Source: Candidatus Poribacteria bacterium
GTDB lineage: Bacteria; Poribacteria; WGA-4E; PCPOR2b
DNA: 64,000 nt
Direction: 5' to 3'
Assembly: GCA_965218095.1 (NCBI GenBank)
Contig: OZ244587.1
Span: forward strand, 3,680,001-3,744,000
Shown here piece after piece: positions 19,799 to 30,422 of the stretch. The translations under genes were made by a program, and so were the position numbers. The notes beneath the pieces were generated by a model, which searched no databases, was not told the DNA's origin, and worked only from the letters and a program-made list of their open reading frames with translations. Each line of letters starts with the position of its first letter. Positions within the stretch are counted from its first letter, which is position 1.

Positions 19799-21037
19799 AT
19801 GGATAAAATCAGACTTGGATTGGTCGGCTGCGGCGGGATGGGGACGCGGCATCTCTACGGTTTGCGGGAGTTGACGCAGAGTCCCTTCTGCAACGTTGAA
19901 CTGTGCGCCCTGTGTGACATTCGCCGCGATAATGCCGAGCTGGCTGCCGCGGAAGCGGAGAAGCTGCTGAACGTCCGTCCGGCGATCTTCACCGATCTGG
20001 AGGAGATGACGCGCAAGACGCCCGACCTTGCCGCCGTAGACGTGGTGACGGATCCGTCAGTACATCACGACGTCGTGTGTCAGGCGCTAGAACTTGGGCT
20101 GGATGTGATGGTGGAAAAGCCAATGGCAATCACCGTAAGGGCGTGCCAGAAGATGCTCGAAGCGGCGGAACGGAACGGGCGTAGGCTGTCGGTGGCGGAG
20201 AACTTTCGTCGCGATCCGTCCGCCCGCCTGGTCCGCCATCTCCTGGAGACGGGCGCAATAGGGACGCCCTACATGGCGTTGTTCCATTCGCTGAGTCCGG
20301 GGGATGGGATCTTCATCACGCCCTGGCGCCATCTCAAGGAAAGAGGTGGGGCTATCCTCGACATGGCAGTTCACTTTACCCATATGATCCGGTATCAACT
20401 CGGCGATATAGCGGAAGTTTACGGGGATGTGAGGCTGGTAGAGCCGGTGAGGAAAAAGCCGAAAAGCATCGGCGACACCTACACGTTCTACCAGAACCGA
20501 TTCCGGGCGATGGAGGGTGAAGTGCCGGCGACGGCAGAAGACACTTCGCTGGCAATGTTCAGGATGGAGAGCGGGGTGACTGTGAACTGGCTGGTTGGTC
20601 TAGGCGGACACGACGGTTGCGGCGGTGAACTTATCCTGGGTGATCAAGGAAGCATCAATGGCTTTGGGACTCGAGGCGGCAGAATCAGTATGAAGCGAGC
20701 GAGCCAAGAAGAGATGAGCCACGAAAATATCCTAGCAGTCGAAGATGAGTTTGCCCTGGAGCCCCTGGCGGAGCATCTGTTTCCATCCGGAGTTTCCGTC
20801 GCGGACCCTGCCGTGGATTGGAAGCTGATTGCCCTTGAATATTACGAATTGGCTGAAGCTATCCTCAATGGACGTGAGATAGAAGTCGATGCCGTCTGCG
20901 GATTGAAAGATGTGGCGGCGCTCTACGCAATATTTGAGTCATCCAGAGCTGGTTGGGCGGTGAAGATGAGTGAGGTGGAGACCTGCCAGGTTTACGATTA
21001 TCAGGCAGAAATCGACGAAGCACTGAGGATTAGATGA
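19799..21037 (+). CDS. Gfo/Idh/MocA family oxidoreductase
   Basis: GLVGCGGMG, VMVEKPMA, DMAVH. Confidence 0.9.
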   Translation: MDKIRLGLVGCGGMGTRHLYGLRELTQSPFCNVELCALCDIRRDNAELAAAEAEKLLNVRPAIFTDLEEMTRKTPDLAAVDVVTDPSVHHDVVCQALELGLDVMVEKPMAITVRACQKMLEAAERNGRRLSVAENFRRDPSARLVRHLLETGAIGTPYMALFHSLSPGDGIFITPWRHLKERGGAILDMAVHFTHMIRYQLGDIAEVYGDVRLVEPVRKKPKSIGDTYTFYQNRFRAMEGEVPATAEDTSLAMFRMESGVTVNWLVGLGGHDGCGGELILGDQGSINGFGTRGGRISMKRASQEEMSHENILAVEDEFALEPLAEHLFPSGVSVADPAVDWKLIALEYYELAEAILNGREIEVDAVCGLKDVAALYAIFESSRAGWAVKMSEVETCQVYDYQAEIDEALRIR

Positions 21038-21052
21038 TAAGGGAGGTTTTTT

Positions 21053-21925
21053 ATGGAATATCGTAAATTCGGAAAAATTGGCATCAAGTTAAGCATAATG
21101 GGGCTCGGAGGGCTGCTGGCGCATTATGAGGGTGTCTGCGGCCATCCACCGCCAGACGAGAAGCGACGAATCTACCTGCGGGCAGCCGAATTGGGAATTA
21201 ACCTGTTTGACATGGGCTACGGGGACGAAATCCATATCCCGGAGGAATTGAAGGGACCCGGGGAGAATCGTCACTTTTCCCTGAAAGTCGGTGCGCCACG
21301 CGCAGAAGATCTGGAAGGATTGGTCGAGAAGCATCTCAGGAATATTAGCAGAGATACAATTGATATCCTTCGTGTGCATCACTACGCCTACGTTCAAGAC
21401 AACCAGTTGGCTGAACGAATTGTTGACCTCAGACGGGTGGGAAAGGTGCGATCGCTCTGTCTAATCCGCCACTTCCGGGCAGATCAGGAAGCGTACACTG
21501 AACGCGGACCGGAGCCGGAAGCCGACGCAGACCTGGTCATCTACAACTACGTTTGTCGCTGGCAGGCGCCGGGCATCGAACTTTCTGCTCAGGCTGGAAA
21601 GGGCGTGCTAATTATGAAGGCGCTCGGCAGTCAGTGGCTCAGTTGGGAAGATAAAACACGGACGGACTGGACGCAGGCAACAAAGGAGACCATCGTGAAG
21701 CTCTCACCGCGAGGCGAGGGCATCCGCAGCGATTTGGATCTTGCTCATCCGATTATGGCCGGTCCCTGGCGTGAACTAGCTGACCCCGGAGAGGACATTC
21801 CACGGACGGCGCGGGCGCTACGATGGGTATTGGAAAACAAGGGTGTGAACAGTGTCCTGGTGGCTGTCGCCAGCGTCAAAGAACTGGAGGAGACCCTTGG
21901 TATTAGATCGTGCAAAGGAAAATGA
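21053..21925 (+). CDS. Aldo/keto reductase family protein
   Basis: MEYRKFGK...GINLFD..YG...IDILRVH. Confidence 0.8.
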   Translation: MEYRKFGKIGIKLSIMGLGGLLAHYEGVCGHPPPDEKRRIYLRAAELGINLFDMGYGDEIHIPEELKGPGENRHFSLKVGAPRAEDLEGLVEKHLRNISRDTIDILRVHHYAYVQDNQLAERIVDLRRVGKVRSLCLIRHFRADQEAYTERGPEPEADADLVIYNYVCRWQAPGIELSAQAGKGVLIMKALGSQWLSWEDKTRTDWTQATKETIVKLSPRGEGIRSDLDLAHPIMAGPWRELADPGEDIPRTARALRWVLENKGVNSVLVAVASVKELEETLGIRSCKGK

Positions 21926-21945
21926 CAAAGGCTGGGAGAGAAACG

Positions 21946-23142
21946 ATGAAGGTTAATCTACAACAATTGCTGGACGACGGTTTTATTATTTTACGGGAGG
22001 TTATCTCCCCAGAGCAGTTGGACGAAGTGCGGGCCAGTTTTGAAGTCCTTGTTGAGCGGCAGAAGGCAATCTGGGCGCGGGAGGGCAATCCCAGTGTGTG
22101 GGAAACCGGCGCGCAGCCACGGCTGGTACATTTTGAGAATCTTATTGACGAAGGCACCGCCAACACAGTCGAGGTGTGGCTGCACGAAAACACGTTGGGC
22201 GTCAGTCGCCAACTGTTAAGTGTGCCGGAAGAAGCATCGGTTGCAGGGATGATGTTGATGTGTAGTCCGCAACGCGACCACGGGCCTGCCCATTGGCACC
22301 GCGATGTCCATCCCATTGACATGGCGCCAATAGGCAGCTTGCAAGCAGATTTGTTAGAGAATGGGCCCAAGTATATACAGTGGAACATCCCGCTCTACGA
22401 CGATGACGTACTGTGGGTCGTGCCGGGCAGCCACCGCCGTCTCAACACGGAAGCAGAGAATTGTCAACTGCTTGAAAATCAGCGCGTCCCGTTGCCGGGC
22501 AGTATCCCAGTTGAACTAAACGGCGGCGATGGCGTTGTGTATTCCAACTACCTCTTGCACTGGGGCAGCAACTACAGTACTAAACTGCGCCGCACAATTC
22601 ATGGCGGTCACACGATTTTCCCGTACTATCCTGACTTGAGTTTCGCTCAGTTTCTGCCACCATCGGCGCGGGAGACCTTCGAGACGTGGACGCAACGAAG
22701 TGCAGGTATGCAGGATCTCACCGAAGCGGCGTTGCGGGCAATTATCAACAGAAACGCCGGCGCCTACCGTGAAACGGTCGAAGCGCTCCAGCCTAGCGCC
22801 GGCGAGGCAAGCAAGATGGTACTGGCGATTTATCTTTGCAAGGCAGCCTACCACATTGATATCTTGAAAAACTCCGACTTTGAGCAACTGCCTCCGGAGG
22901 TTCGCAGACGCGCCGCCAATCCCCACTCCATTAGCATCAATTGGGGGCCACAGTTCGCCAATCGCTTCTCGAAGGCAGAGGCTGACCTCTTGTGGCAGCG
23001 GTTCGAAACACTCGACGCAAAACTCCAGGCAGATAAAGAGCATTTCGTTCCCGGTTTTCAGTCGGGACCGATGCGATACTTTTTCAACGAGATGCCCGCC
23101 GATTTTGGGGTCGAAGACTTTATTGCCAGTTGGAGAGCATAA
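21946..23142 (+). CDS. Phytanoyl-CoA dioxygenase (PhyH) family protein
   Basis: DGFIILREV, WHRD, VVPGSH, LLHWG. Confidence 0.85.
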   Translation: MKVNLQQLLDDGFIILREVISPEQLDEVRASFEVLVERQKAIWAREGNPSVWETGAQPRLVHFENLIDEGTANTVEVWLHENTLGVSRQLLSVPEEASVAGMMLMCSPQRDHGPAHWHRDVHPIDMAPIGSLQADLLENGPKYIQWNIPLYDDDVLWVVPGSHRRLNTEAENCQLLENQRVPLPGSIPVELNGGDGVVYSNYLLHWGSNYSTKLRRTIHGGHTIFPYYPDLSFAQFLPPSARETFETWTQRSAGMQDLTEAALRAIINRNAGAYRETVEALQPSAGEASKMVLAIYLCKAAYHIDILKNSDFEQLPPEVRRRAANPHSISINWGPQFANRFSKAEADLLWQRFETLDAKLQADKEHFVPGFQSGPMRYFFNEMPADFGVEDFIASWRA

Positions 23143-23176
23143 ACAGTTGATCGAGAAAAGGATTGATAGAACGCGC

Positions 23177-23598
23177 TCAAAACCGATAACGCAAAGCGTC
23201 GAAACGAAAATCAAACAGTCCTTTGCTTTTACCATCAGAGGGCACATCTGAAGTCATAACCAATCGCGGGACTGACCAGGCGATTCGGTGTGATTCAATA
23301 TTTAACAAGGCATAGCGTTCATGACGAGATGCATATAATACGAAACCATCGTAAATGCCGAATCCCAGACCTAAGATGAGCCCAATTCCCGTCCCCTGTC
23401 TCAGGTTTTTGCCCAACCCGGGTCGTCTTGCTGTAGAGATACCCCTGTGGCGACAAGGGTGCCCGCAGTCCCACCGTAGACGATGTATGTCGTAACTGTT
23501 TTCATCCCTGCCGATTCTGCATCTGTTGTTGAAATGAAAGCAAGTATCAGCATGGACAGAGTGATCAAACAAGCTGTTTTGAAAAAAAATGATTGCAT
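23177..23598 (-). pseudogene. Small secreted/membrane hypothetical protein with a frameshift in an A-run (possible sequencing error)
   Basis: Signal peptide and GGTAGTLVATG in one frame; NLRQGTGIGLILGLGFG in the next; one extra A near 23408 joins them. Confidence 0.55.
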
Positions 23599-23622
23599 AA
23601 TATATCCACCTTTTCTTGCGTT

Positions 23623-24372
23623 TCACGGGAACAAAATTCGACCTCCGCTGGCAATAACGGTCGCTCCTGTCATATAGCTAGATTCTTCGCTCAGGAGAAA
23701 GGCAATTACGTTTGCTATCTCTTTGGGTTCACCCAAACGCCCCAACGGTGTGGTTGACCGCAAATGTTCCTGCATTTCCAGTGAAACCTCGTGAATCATA
23801 TCCGTATCAATTGCGCCGGGGGCAACCGAGTTAATCCGAATGTTGTATCGGGCTAAAGGTTCACAAGAAGACTTTGTTAAGGAGATCACGCCTGCTTTTG
23901 CGGCTGAATAGGCAAGCTGATTGGGACGCACAGCCAACGCCGCAATTGATGAGACATTGACGATGCGTCCGAACTTCCGTTGGATCATCGCGTCCTTAAC
24001 CACCCAGATGACGTTGAAAGGGCCGGTCAAGTTAATCGCTATGATTCGATCCCAGTGTTCAGGTGCCAGTTCATCAAAGTTCATATTGCCGACATCGCCA
24101 GCGTTGTTCACCAATAGATCGATGCCCCCGAATTCTCTTGTCACTTTCGCTGTCATCTCCTTGACCGCAGCCCGGTCCGCGATGTCAGCTTGAACAGCGA
24201 TTGCGCGTCGCCCAAGCCTACGCACTTCCTCGCAAACTGATTCCGCTGATTTCTTCGATCGAACATAATGCACCGCAACATCTGCGCCTTCGCCAGCGAG
24301 CTTCATCGCCGTTGCTCTCCCGATTCCGCGGCTGGCGCCTGTCACCAACGCGACCCTTTCTTCAAATTTCAT
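23623..24372 (-). CDS. SDR family oxidoreductase (FabG-like)
   Basis: TGASRGIG, NNAG, YSAAK. Confidence 0.92.
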   Translation of the reverse strand: MKFEERVALVTGASRGIGRATAMKLAGEGADVAVHYVRSKKSAESVCEEVRRLGRRAIAVQADIADRAAVKEMTAKVTREFGGIDLLVNNAGDVGNMNFDELAPEHWDRIIAINLTGPFNVIWVVKDAMIQRKFGRIVNVSSIAALAVRPNQLAYSAAKAGVISLTKSSCEPLARYNIRINSVAPGAIDTDMIHEVSLEMQEHLRSTTPLGRLGEPKEIANVIAFLLSEESSYMTGATVIASGGRILFP

Positions 24373-24480
24373 ACGTCAGTCTCCCCGTGCGTGAAACGTG
24401 ATGCGTAAATGAATCACTGAACCAATGGACGCTTTCATTCTTCCGTCGGTCTTTGATTAAGAGTCCAAGACTTTCCTTCC

Positions 24481-25644
24481 TCATTGCCTTATACCTTCAA
24501 TCGCAGCTTTGACCCACTGAAGATTACGTTTGGGCATAATTCCATAGTTGTAGAACGATACGGCGCGGACACCGAGATCTGCTGCGGCTTTGACGTTCGT
24601 TGCAAGCGTTTTCGCATCTGGGCTTGCTGGAGGATATGCGCAGACGCCTACCCAGACCCGATCCGCCTGCCCATTCATCAGGGCTGTGGCGTTTCGGACG
24701 GATTCCTCAACGGACGCCTGTGAGGGAGTATAGCACAAGATCTCGTGCCAGTTAACAACCTCCCGTATCTGTTCAGTATTGAGGCCCGAATATCGACGAC
24801 TGCCCATCGCCATTGATGCGATCTGGGCTTTGGACACGGTTTTAATCTCCGAAATGAGCGAACTGACGACGGATTCGCGCATTTTGAGATACTCTCGTGT
24901 TTCGGGGACCTTATCACAGAATTCGCCGAACCCGATCTGGATCGATTGTCCCGACTCAAAACTGGCTGCGAGCTCAGCGCGCACGCCGTTTGCAAGGGCA
25001 GTGACATCAATACCCCCATCCCGCCCACGCTTGCAGCAACTCTCACAGAAACATAGTCCAAGCAGAAATCGATCAATTTCTCCAAACGGAATGCCAATCT
25101 TCTCGTGTCCGTGGTGATGGCGCCCACCTTGATAGTCACACGACTCCAACTCAACTGTGGCAAAATTGTAGTTTGTCGTCAAGTCCTCCACGAGGGCGCG
25201 CATGTACTCACGCACGTCTTCATTGGCGGGGCAGAGGGCGTTCCAACATGGATTGCCAAACACATCGCGCTGTGCCACTGCCGGGTGATTCCGTCCAATC
25301 TGCGAATTATGGAGGCACACCGTCCATGACGAAAGTTTTATGCCGTGTCGGTCGCAGCCATCGGAGATTTGCCGTAACGGGTTTGTCCTTTCCGCGAGCG
25401 GCGACACGGGCGGCTTGATTCGGGTATCTGTGTATAGCGATCGATCCGGTTGAAAATAGATCGCTGCCTGCGAACTATAAAAATTGTTCTCCAGTTGATG
25501 CACGCGCAGGTGGTCGACGCTATGATAACACGTCGCCACACTAAGCGTGTTCAAGCCAATCTCGTTCTTGAGGGTCGAGATGATAGAATCAACGCCTTCA
25601 TCAATGACATCCCACACGTAAGACCAGATGCTTAGGATTTCCAT
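24481..25644 (-). CDS. Hypothetical TIM-barrel / glycoside-hydrolase-like protein
   Basis: W..CLHN, LCPAN.DVREY, LCFC.SC, FYNYG motifs; start refined to 25644. Confidence 0.55.
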   Translation of the reverse strand: MEILSIWSYVWDVIDEGVDSIISTLKNEIGLNTLSVATCYHSVDHLRVHQLENNFYSSQAAIYFQPDRSLYTDTRIKPPVSPLAERTNPLRQISDGCDRHGIKLSSWTVCLHNSQIGRNHPAVAQRDVFGNPCWNALCPANEDVREYMRALVEDLTTNYNFATVELESCDYQGGRHHHGHEKIGIPFGEIDRFLLGLCFCESCCKRGRDGGIDVTALANGVRAELAASFESGQSIQIGFGEFCDKVPETREYLKMRESVVSSLISEIKTVSKAQIASMAMGSRRYSGLNTEQIREVVNWHEILCYTPSQASVEESVRNATALMNGQADRVWVGVCAYPPASPDAKTLATNVKAAADLGVRAVSFYNYGIMPKRNLQWVKAAIEGIRQ

Positions 25645-25703
25645 CTTTTTTCTCCGTGGTAAAACGTGATGCGTAATGCGTAAAACGTAATAATCCCATA
25701 AAC

Positions 25704-28070
25704 CTATTTCATGGGAAAGATCTCTAGCTGTCCCTTCGCCGTGGGTGTGAAGACCACACACGGTATAATCATTTCCTGCATGGAGATGCCGCCGTGGGCG
25801 TAACGTGACGGCTCGTGAGGCGAGACATTGCTTGAGGGCAAGATCTGCGTCCGTCCAGTTGCAAAACCATAACGCAGCGTATCGCCCGTGGGCTGTAAAC
25901 CGATCTGATTCGCACTGAAAAAGACGAAGTGTTCTAAATCTGCACGCTCCGCGAAGCTCGATAAGCCAACATAGCGTCGATGGCTCTCTGAAATGGCGGA
26001 TATTTGAAAGGCATCTTCCGAAAGTGTTCGATGGTCTGTTGCTTCAATGAAACCGTGATCAGAGAGTAGAAAGATAAGAGAGTCGCTCGGAATTCGATCA
26101 AGGTAAGGCTGAACCAGAAGATCAAAGTTGACCTTAATCTCTTCACAAATCGTGGAAAGGTTTTGCGTCGCGTGATGAAGTTTCTGATCAATGAACGTCA
26201 AATTGAAGATCTTGACCGGGACATCATCGGCTTCAATGAGATCGAGAATCTGTGCCTGATTGTCTCCCCCGTCACTTGCCCATCGCACGCCATTAATCCC
26301 ACGCTTCTGGAAAGCAGGTATCAACCTCTTCCACCAATCGTTGTCTGCATCCCCGTTTGGAAATTCCCCTGTAAGAATCGCGTATTTGTTATACGATGTT
26401 GTCGAGGGCAAAATTGAAACCAACGGGAGAACACCTTCGAGTGCAAACTTTCCCTGAAACGCACCCAACACCTTCGGTTTGATTGCCTCCCAAGTATCCC
26501 ATCTCATTCCATCAAGGATGAAAATGTAAGCTGATTGTGACGTTTTCTGGAGATATTGCTGATAGCGAGGCAGAAAAAGCAGATCTAAAAAATCAGCTGT
26601 CAGCAACGGCTTATCTCTATCCGAGGAGGGCCAGGCAGGGTAGGAGGCTGCAATGCGTTGGGCGAATTCCATGTTATATCCATCCATCAACCGCTTAACA
26701 CGATCTAACACCTGGCCAATGACAGGATTGGGCAACAGTTCGCACTGAAAGTTAAGTTGCTCAAGTTTATCCGCCATGAAATCGAGCTTCGAGAGGTAAG
26801 CCGGATACACCTTTTTTCGCCAAACCTCCAGGCCCTGATTCTGTGCGCCCCTCCGATGGCCTCCAGCCAGCCAGCTTCTGTTTTCTGCACTTGCGATTAA
26901 CTGATTCAACGCAACGAGATCGCCAAATGCCCGGAATGTATCTTTAATGCACAGGTAACTCGTGGTATCACCTCGAAACAGGTGCCTGCGCTGAATGTTT
27001 TCAATAATGTCGCGAATGTCAACTGCATCCAACGATTCAGGAGAATGACAGAGATGTGTGGCAAGCAGACGCAGGGCTTCACGCATCGGCACACAAAAGA
27101 GGGTTTCCTTCTTTGTATATTCTGCTGTCTTGCTGAGATTAGCAGCATCGATCCCAACCCACCTCTCAAAGAGTTCAAGCCGCTGTCGATCTTGGGTCAG
27201 CCAGATCTCTGTCTGTTTAATCTGGTCGATGACACGCTCCGAATCGCTTCGGATGAGTTGATGACAGCCTTTCCAAATCTCATCCGGTGGGGTGGTGCCG
27301 TACTTTTTCCAAATCGTCTCCCCGAAAATCTCAGGAAGGAAGAGATCGTAATGTTTATTATGCTGTGCCAATGAGTACGAGGTCCAGAGAAAGTGCACAA
27401 AATCCGCATCGCCTGCGAGCTTGTCCATGAGCGGGAGCGCCGCCCGAACCTTGAGATTAAGTGACTGAGACAATTTCGGATACTTTTCTCCCCACGCGAT
27501 CAGATCCGGATCTCTCTCCATCCGCTGCCATGTGTTGATGGCTTCATGCACGGACAGATTGGCTTGCAAATCGATCTCAAGTCGAGTGGAGAGCAGGAGA
27601 TTCGTCCCTTCGGAAGGCGTCATAAAGCGAGGATAGTTCAGGCGGTATTCCTGAAGCCGTTCAAAAAGCGTCCAGAAATCCTCGCCGTTCAATTGGTTGA
27701 CGGCGTTGGTCCAATTATACCCCGGTTGGGCAAACTCAAGAATTGATTGTGGCGTCATCTTGACGGGTTGACTCCGAACGATATAGTCAAGAATATGGAG
27801 ATTGACTTCATCGGGTTGGCGGGAAACAATACATGTGCAAAACGCCTCTCGATTGTCTTTGTATTGCTCCAATCTCTGCCGCACCTGCAGATCGCTCTCA
27901 AAAAAGATAACCTCGTATCTCCGATTAGAGAGTTTCAGAGAATGAAGGTCTGGGAAAATACACGAGGCATCCCGGATGAAAATCCAATAGCTCGGCAGAG
28001 AAATCTGGTTGGTCAGATAATTTTCAATCCATGAGAGGTCAACCCAATTCTCTGATTGTTCAGTTGGCAT
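25704..28070 (-). CDS. PglZ-domain (alkaline phosphatase superfamily) protein, BREX/Pgl-like
   Basis: ILDGMRWD, LPSTT, DQKLH, LSDHGF, YAHGGISMQEMIIP. Confidence 0.85.
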   Translation of the reverse strand: MPTEQSENWVDLSWIENYLTNQISLPSYWIFIRDASCIFPDLHSLKLSNRRYEVIFFESDLQVRQRLEQYKDNREAFCTCIVSRQPDEVNLHILDYIVRSQPVKMTPQSILEFAQPGYNWTNAVNQLNGEDFWTLFERLQEYRLNYPRFMTPSEGTNLLLSTRLEIDLQANLSVHEAINTWQRMERDPDLIAWGEKYPKLSQSLNLKVRAALPLMDKLAGDADFVHFLWTSYSLAQHNKHYDLFLPEIFGETIWKKYGTTPPDEIWKGCHQLIRSDSERVIDQIKQTEIWLTQDRQRLELFERWVGIDAANLSKTAEYTKKETLFCVPMREALRLLATHLCHSPESLDAVDIRDIIENIQRRHLFRGDTTSYLCIKDTFRAFGDLVALNQLIASAENRSWLAGGHRRGAQNQGLEVWRKKVYPAYLSKLDFMADKLEQLNFQCELLPNPVIGQVLDRVKRLMDGYNMEFAQRIAASYPAWPSSDRDKPLLTADFLDLLFLPRYQQYLQKTSQSAYIFILDGMRWDTWEAIKPKVLGAFQGKFALEGVLPLVSILPSTTSYNKYAILTGEFPNGDADNDWWKRLIPAFQKRGINGVRWASDGGDNQAQILDLIEADDVPVKIFNLTFIDQKLHHATQNLSTICEEIKVNFDLLVQPYLDRIPSDSLIFLLSDHGFIEATDHRTLSEDAFQISAISESHRRYVGLSSFAERADLEHFVFFSANQIGLQPTGDTLRYGFATGRTQILPSSNVSPHEPSRYAHGGISMQEMIIPCVVFTPTAKGQLEIFPMK

Positions 28071-28072
28071 GA

Positions 28073-28279
28073 TTATTCAACGGTGACTTTCTGTAATTTG
28101 GCTTCCGACTTTTTTTCTTCCCTTTCAATGGCAGCACCGACAACGGATCGCACGGCTAATAGCACTTCACGACATGCGGTGCCGAGGTGTCTTGACGCCT
28201 CCGATACCGCCATGCTGTCTATCACTTCGCCGAAGCCTGAGCAACAGATTTTCGCTTGATTTTGATTTTCGTTATTCAT
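28073..28279 (-). CDS. Small hypothetical protein
   Basis: GGAGGA RBS; 68 aa; ends 2 nt before the PglZ gene start. Confidence 0.7.
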   Translation of the reverse strand: MNNENQNQAKICCSGFGEVIDSMAVSEASRHLGTACREVLLAVRSVVGAAIEREEKKSEAKLQKVTVE

Positions 28280-28313
28280 TTTGTCCTCCAATGATGGCAT
28301 TCCCCCATTTCAG

Positions 28314-28368
28314 TATCCGAATTCGTGAGAATTCGGGGCTGAATCCCGAACTCTCACGAGTTCGCTAC
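28314..28368. repeat. REP-like paired palindrome
   Basis: ccgaattcgtgagaattcggg ... cccgaactctcacgagttcg. Confidence 0.6.
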
Positions 28369-28413
28369 AGATGGACTTTCTGAGAAGCTCTTTTGATTGA
28401 AGAATCGCAATTA

Positions 28414-29652
28414 TCAATCGTCAATCGTCAATTTTTTGACTTTGTCGCCTTTTTTAATCTCGCCGAATCCTTCAATGACTCGAACTCTCGAAAGGCGATT
28501 ATTTGAAACTTCGACAACTTCGACGACACCCACCGGCTTGGCAACGGTTCCAAGGATGTCACCGGTATCCGGATCAATCAGCGGTTCATCCTTGTAAACC
28601 TTTAACTGCTGACGCACAGCCACGCCTTTGGCGGAGCCGATATTGATATAGGTCTTTTCGCGGTCTTCCGGATCGACGTAAATGATTGTCCCCTGAATTG
28701 TGCCAACTTGCGGGACAGATTCACCAGACTTGCTGCCGTCATTCTGTGCAACGGCATCAGAGGCAATCGCCTCGGGACCGATGTTTTCACGTAATGCCAA
28801 CACCACCTTGTCCAGAGCCTCGTTCGTCGTAATACCAAACAGTGTTTTATCATACTCTGCGCTGCCAAATTCTATCTTGTTCAGAGCGGCGGGTTTAACG
28901 ATTGGGCGGAACTTTTTTTCTGAGCGTGGCATCTGCCCAAATTGAAATTCTGTTCCTTGTTCAGTCACGATCGCTTCTAAGGCAGCAACCTTTGCTCCAC
29001 CAAACTGGTGCTGCCGTCTCGCAGAAATCTTGGGGTTGTCAATCTCAACGCCCGATGTGCCGTAAAATCGCATATCAAGATGAACGCTAGCGATATAAAG
29101 AGAGCCAATTAACTGTATACCACTAACGTAACTGGCTGATCCACTTCGCTGCTGTCTACCTCCCCTTAGCAGACGTGAGGCATGGGCTTTCACACGTTCC
29201 TGGTTGAATTTCCGTATATCGCCCACGATAAGTGCATCAACATTAAGCGCCTTCGCTAGCTCACCTCGTTTTTTCGCGTCCGATTGAATAATTTTCTTGG
29301 ATAACCCCATGTATGCCATCGCATCCATCAATTCATCCTGGGTAACGGGTTCGTAGACGTCGGTTTGTTTGAGTTTTCGGTTGAGTAACTCCCGAAATCC
29401 CTCCTTGAGATGCCACTTCGTATGGTCTTTGCGTCCGCCGAAAATTTTGTTGAAGGGTCCCGTTGGAAGACAACCACAGCCTGTGGGGGAATCGAAACGG
29501 CTGTGATCTTCAAAATATAAGACCGCCACTCGCTTTGAGGTGGCAAAGCTGTTTGGTGCAAGCGTAATTAGCAGACACAGAACAATCATAACGGTTAGGT
29601 GCTTACCCGGCAGTGTGGAAATTTGATATAGATGCAGGTACTGAATTTTCAT
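28414..29652 (-). CDS. Secreted CsgG/FlgT-like protein with C-terminal beta domain
   Basis: RVAVLYFED, LNVDALIVGDI, YINIG...GV...LIDPDTGDILG...IKKGDKV. Confidence 0.65.
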   Translation of the reverse strand: MKIQYLHLYQISTLPGKHLTVMIVLCLLITLAPNSFATSKRVAVLYFEDHSRFDSPTGCGCLPTGPFNKIFGGRKDHTKWHLKEGFRELLNRKLKQTDVYEPVTQDELMDAMAYMGLSKKIIQSDAKKRGELAKALNVDALIVGDIRKFNQERVKAHASRLLRGGRQQRSGSASYVSGIQLIGSLYIASVHLDMRFYGTSGVEIDNPKISARRQHQFGGAKVAALEAIVTEQGTEFQFGQMPRSEKKFRPIVKPAALNKIEFGSAEYDKTLFGITTNEALDKVVLALRENIGPEAIASDAVAQNDGSKSGESVPQVGTIQGTIIYVDPEDREKTYINIGSAKGVAVRQQLKVYKDEPLIDPDTGDILGTVAKPVGVVEVVEVSNNRLSRVRVIEGFGEIKKGDKVKKLTIDD

Positions 29653-30076
29653 GATAAGGACACATCCTTGTTTGGATTTTTACTTCCTGTATGCTCCATG
29701 TCAAACAAGCGAAGTGGGCTGTTTCTTGTGTGCTCCAAGGTTTTTTCCAAGCGGAACCTTTTCCGCTCGCCGCCCCCTCTTGGTTTCCCCCGCCCCCCAA
29801 CTCCCCAACTTTGAGGGGCAAGGGGGAAGATACAGAGAGGGGTGGCGACACCGACATCATAACCCTATACGAACTTATGAAATGAACCACTAAGATGTTG
29901 AAAGCAGCATAGCATGTTGCATATTTTACTTGGTTGCGAAATTTCTGTCAAGATGATTTAGGTTGCGTCGATGGGGGTCAAGCGCCGATGTGTGTAACCG
30001 ATGTTCCACGCGATAGGTGAAAAACGACCCAAGATCAACGCTTTCGCACGAATTCACGCCGGCGGCTCCAAAACGC

Positions 30077-30114
30077 AAAAGGCCCGGTGGGAAACATTCC
30101 CACCGGGCCTTTTT
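30077..30114. terminator. Bidirectional intrinsic terminator
   Basis: aaaaggcccggtgggaa-aca-ttcccaccgggcctttt perfect stem with A/T tracts on both sides. Confidence 0.85.
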
Positions 30115-30420
30115 GGCACCTGTTTTCCGTAAAATCCCCTTCAATCGGGGAGGGGTGCTGCAAGGGTAGCATCCGGAAGCCTTGCTACGACTGGCTTTGA
30201 GACCCCCCATTTACGAGGGAGCCGCCGTGATCACCCCATACCTCTCGTAAAAATTGTTAAAAAACGCCGCAAACTCGCGCCACAAGTCGCTTTGGAGCCC
30301 AATCTATCAGGGCAGTACGAGGGGCAGCAATTGACGAAAAATCACGCAACCCCTTTCCACGTCTGGCTTAGAAGGAATTTTTCCCCTATTTTTCGCCGTG
30401 TCCCCGGCCGCCTCGTAAAT
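30077..30420 (-). ncRNA. Candidate unclassified structured non-coding RNA (~345 nt)
   Basis: Many helices whose irregular pairs are G-U only on the minus strand; flanked by a promoter-like site and a terminator; no credible ORF. Confidence 0.5.
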
Positions 30421-30422
30421 CG

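Noticed and set aside
25704-28070. A complete BREX defence system
   Set aside because: Only the PglZ-domain gene is present; no ATPase, methyltransferase or BrxL in the window
29926-30210. 94 aa minus-strand ORF in the candidate ncRNA region
   Set aside because: Runs through the terminator hairpin, has no recognisable motif and no clear RBS
30077-30420. Identification as tmRNA, RNase P, SRP, c-di-GMP or cobalamin riboswitch, or retron ncRNA
   Set aside because: Diagnostic cores not found (T-arm/CCA end, GAGGAAAGUCC, CAGG..GGAAG..AGCAG, GGCAAAC); no RT gene nearby; 6S RNA not excluded without a covariance search
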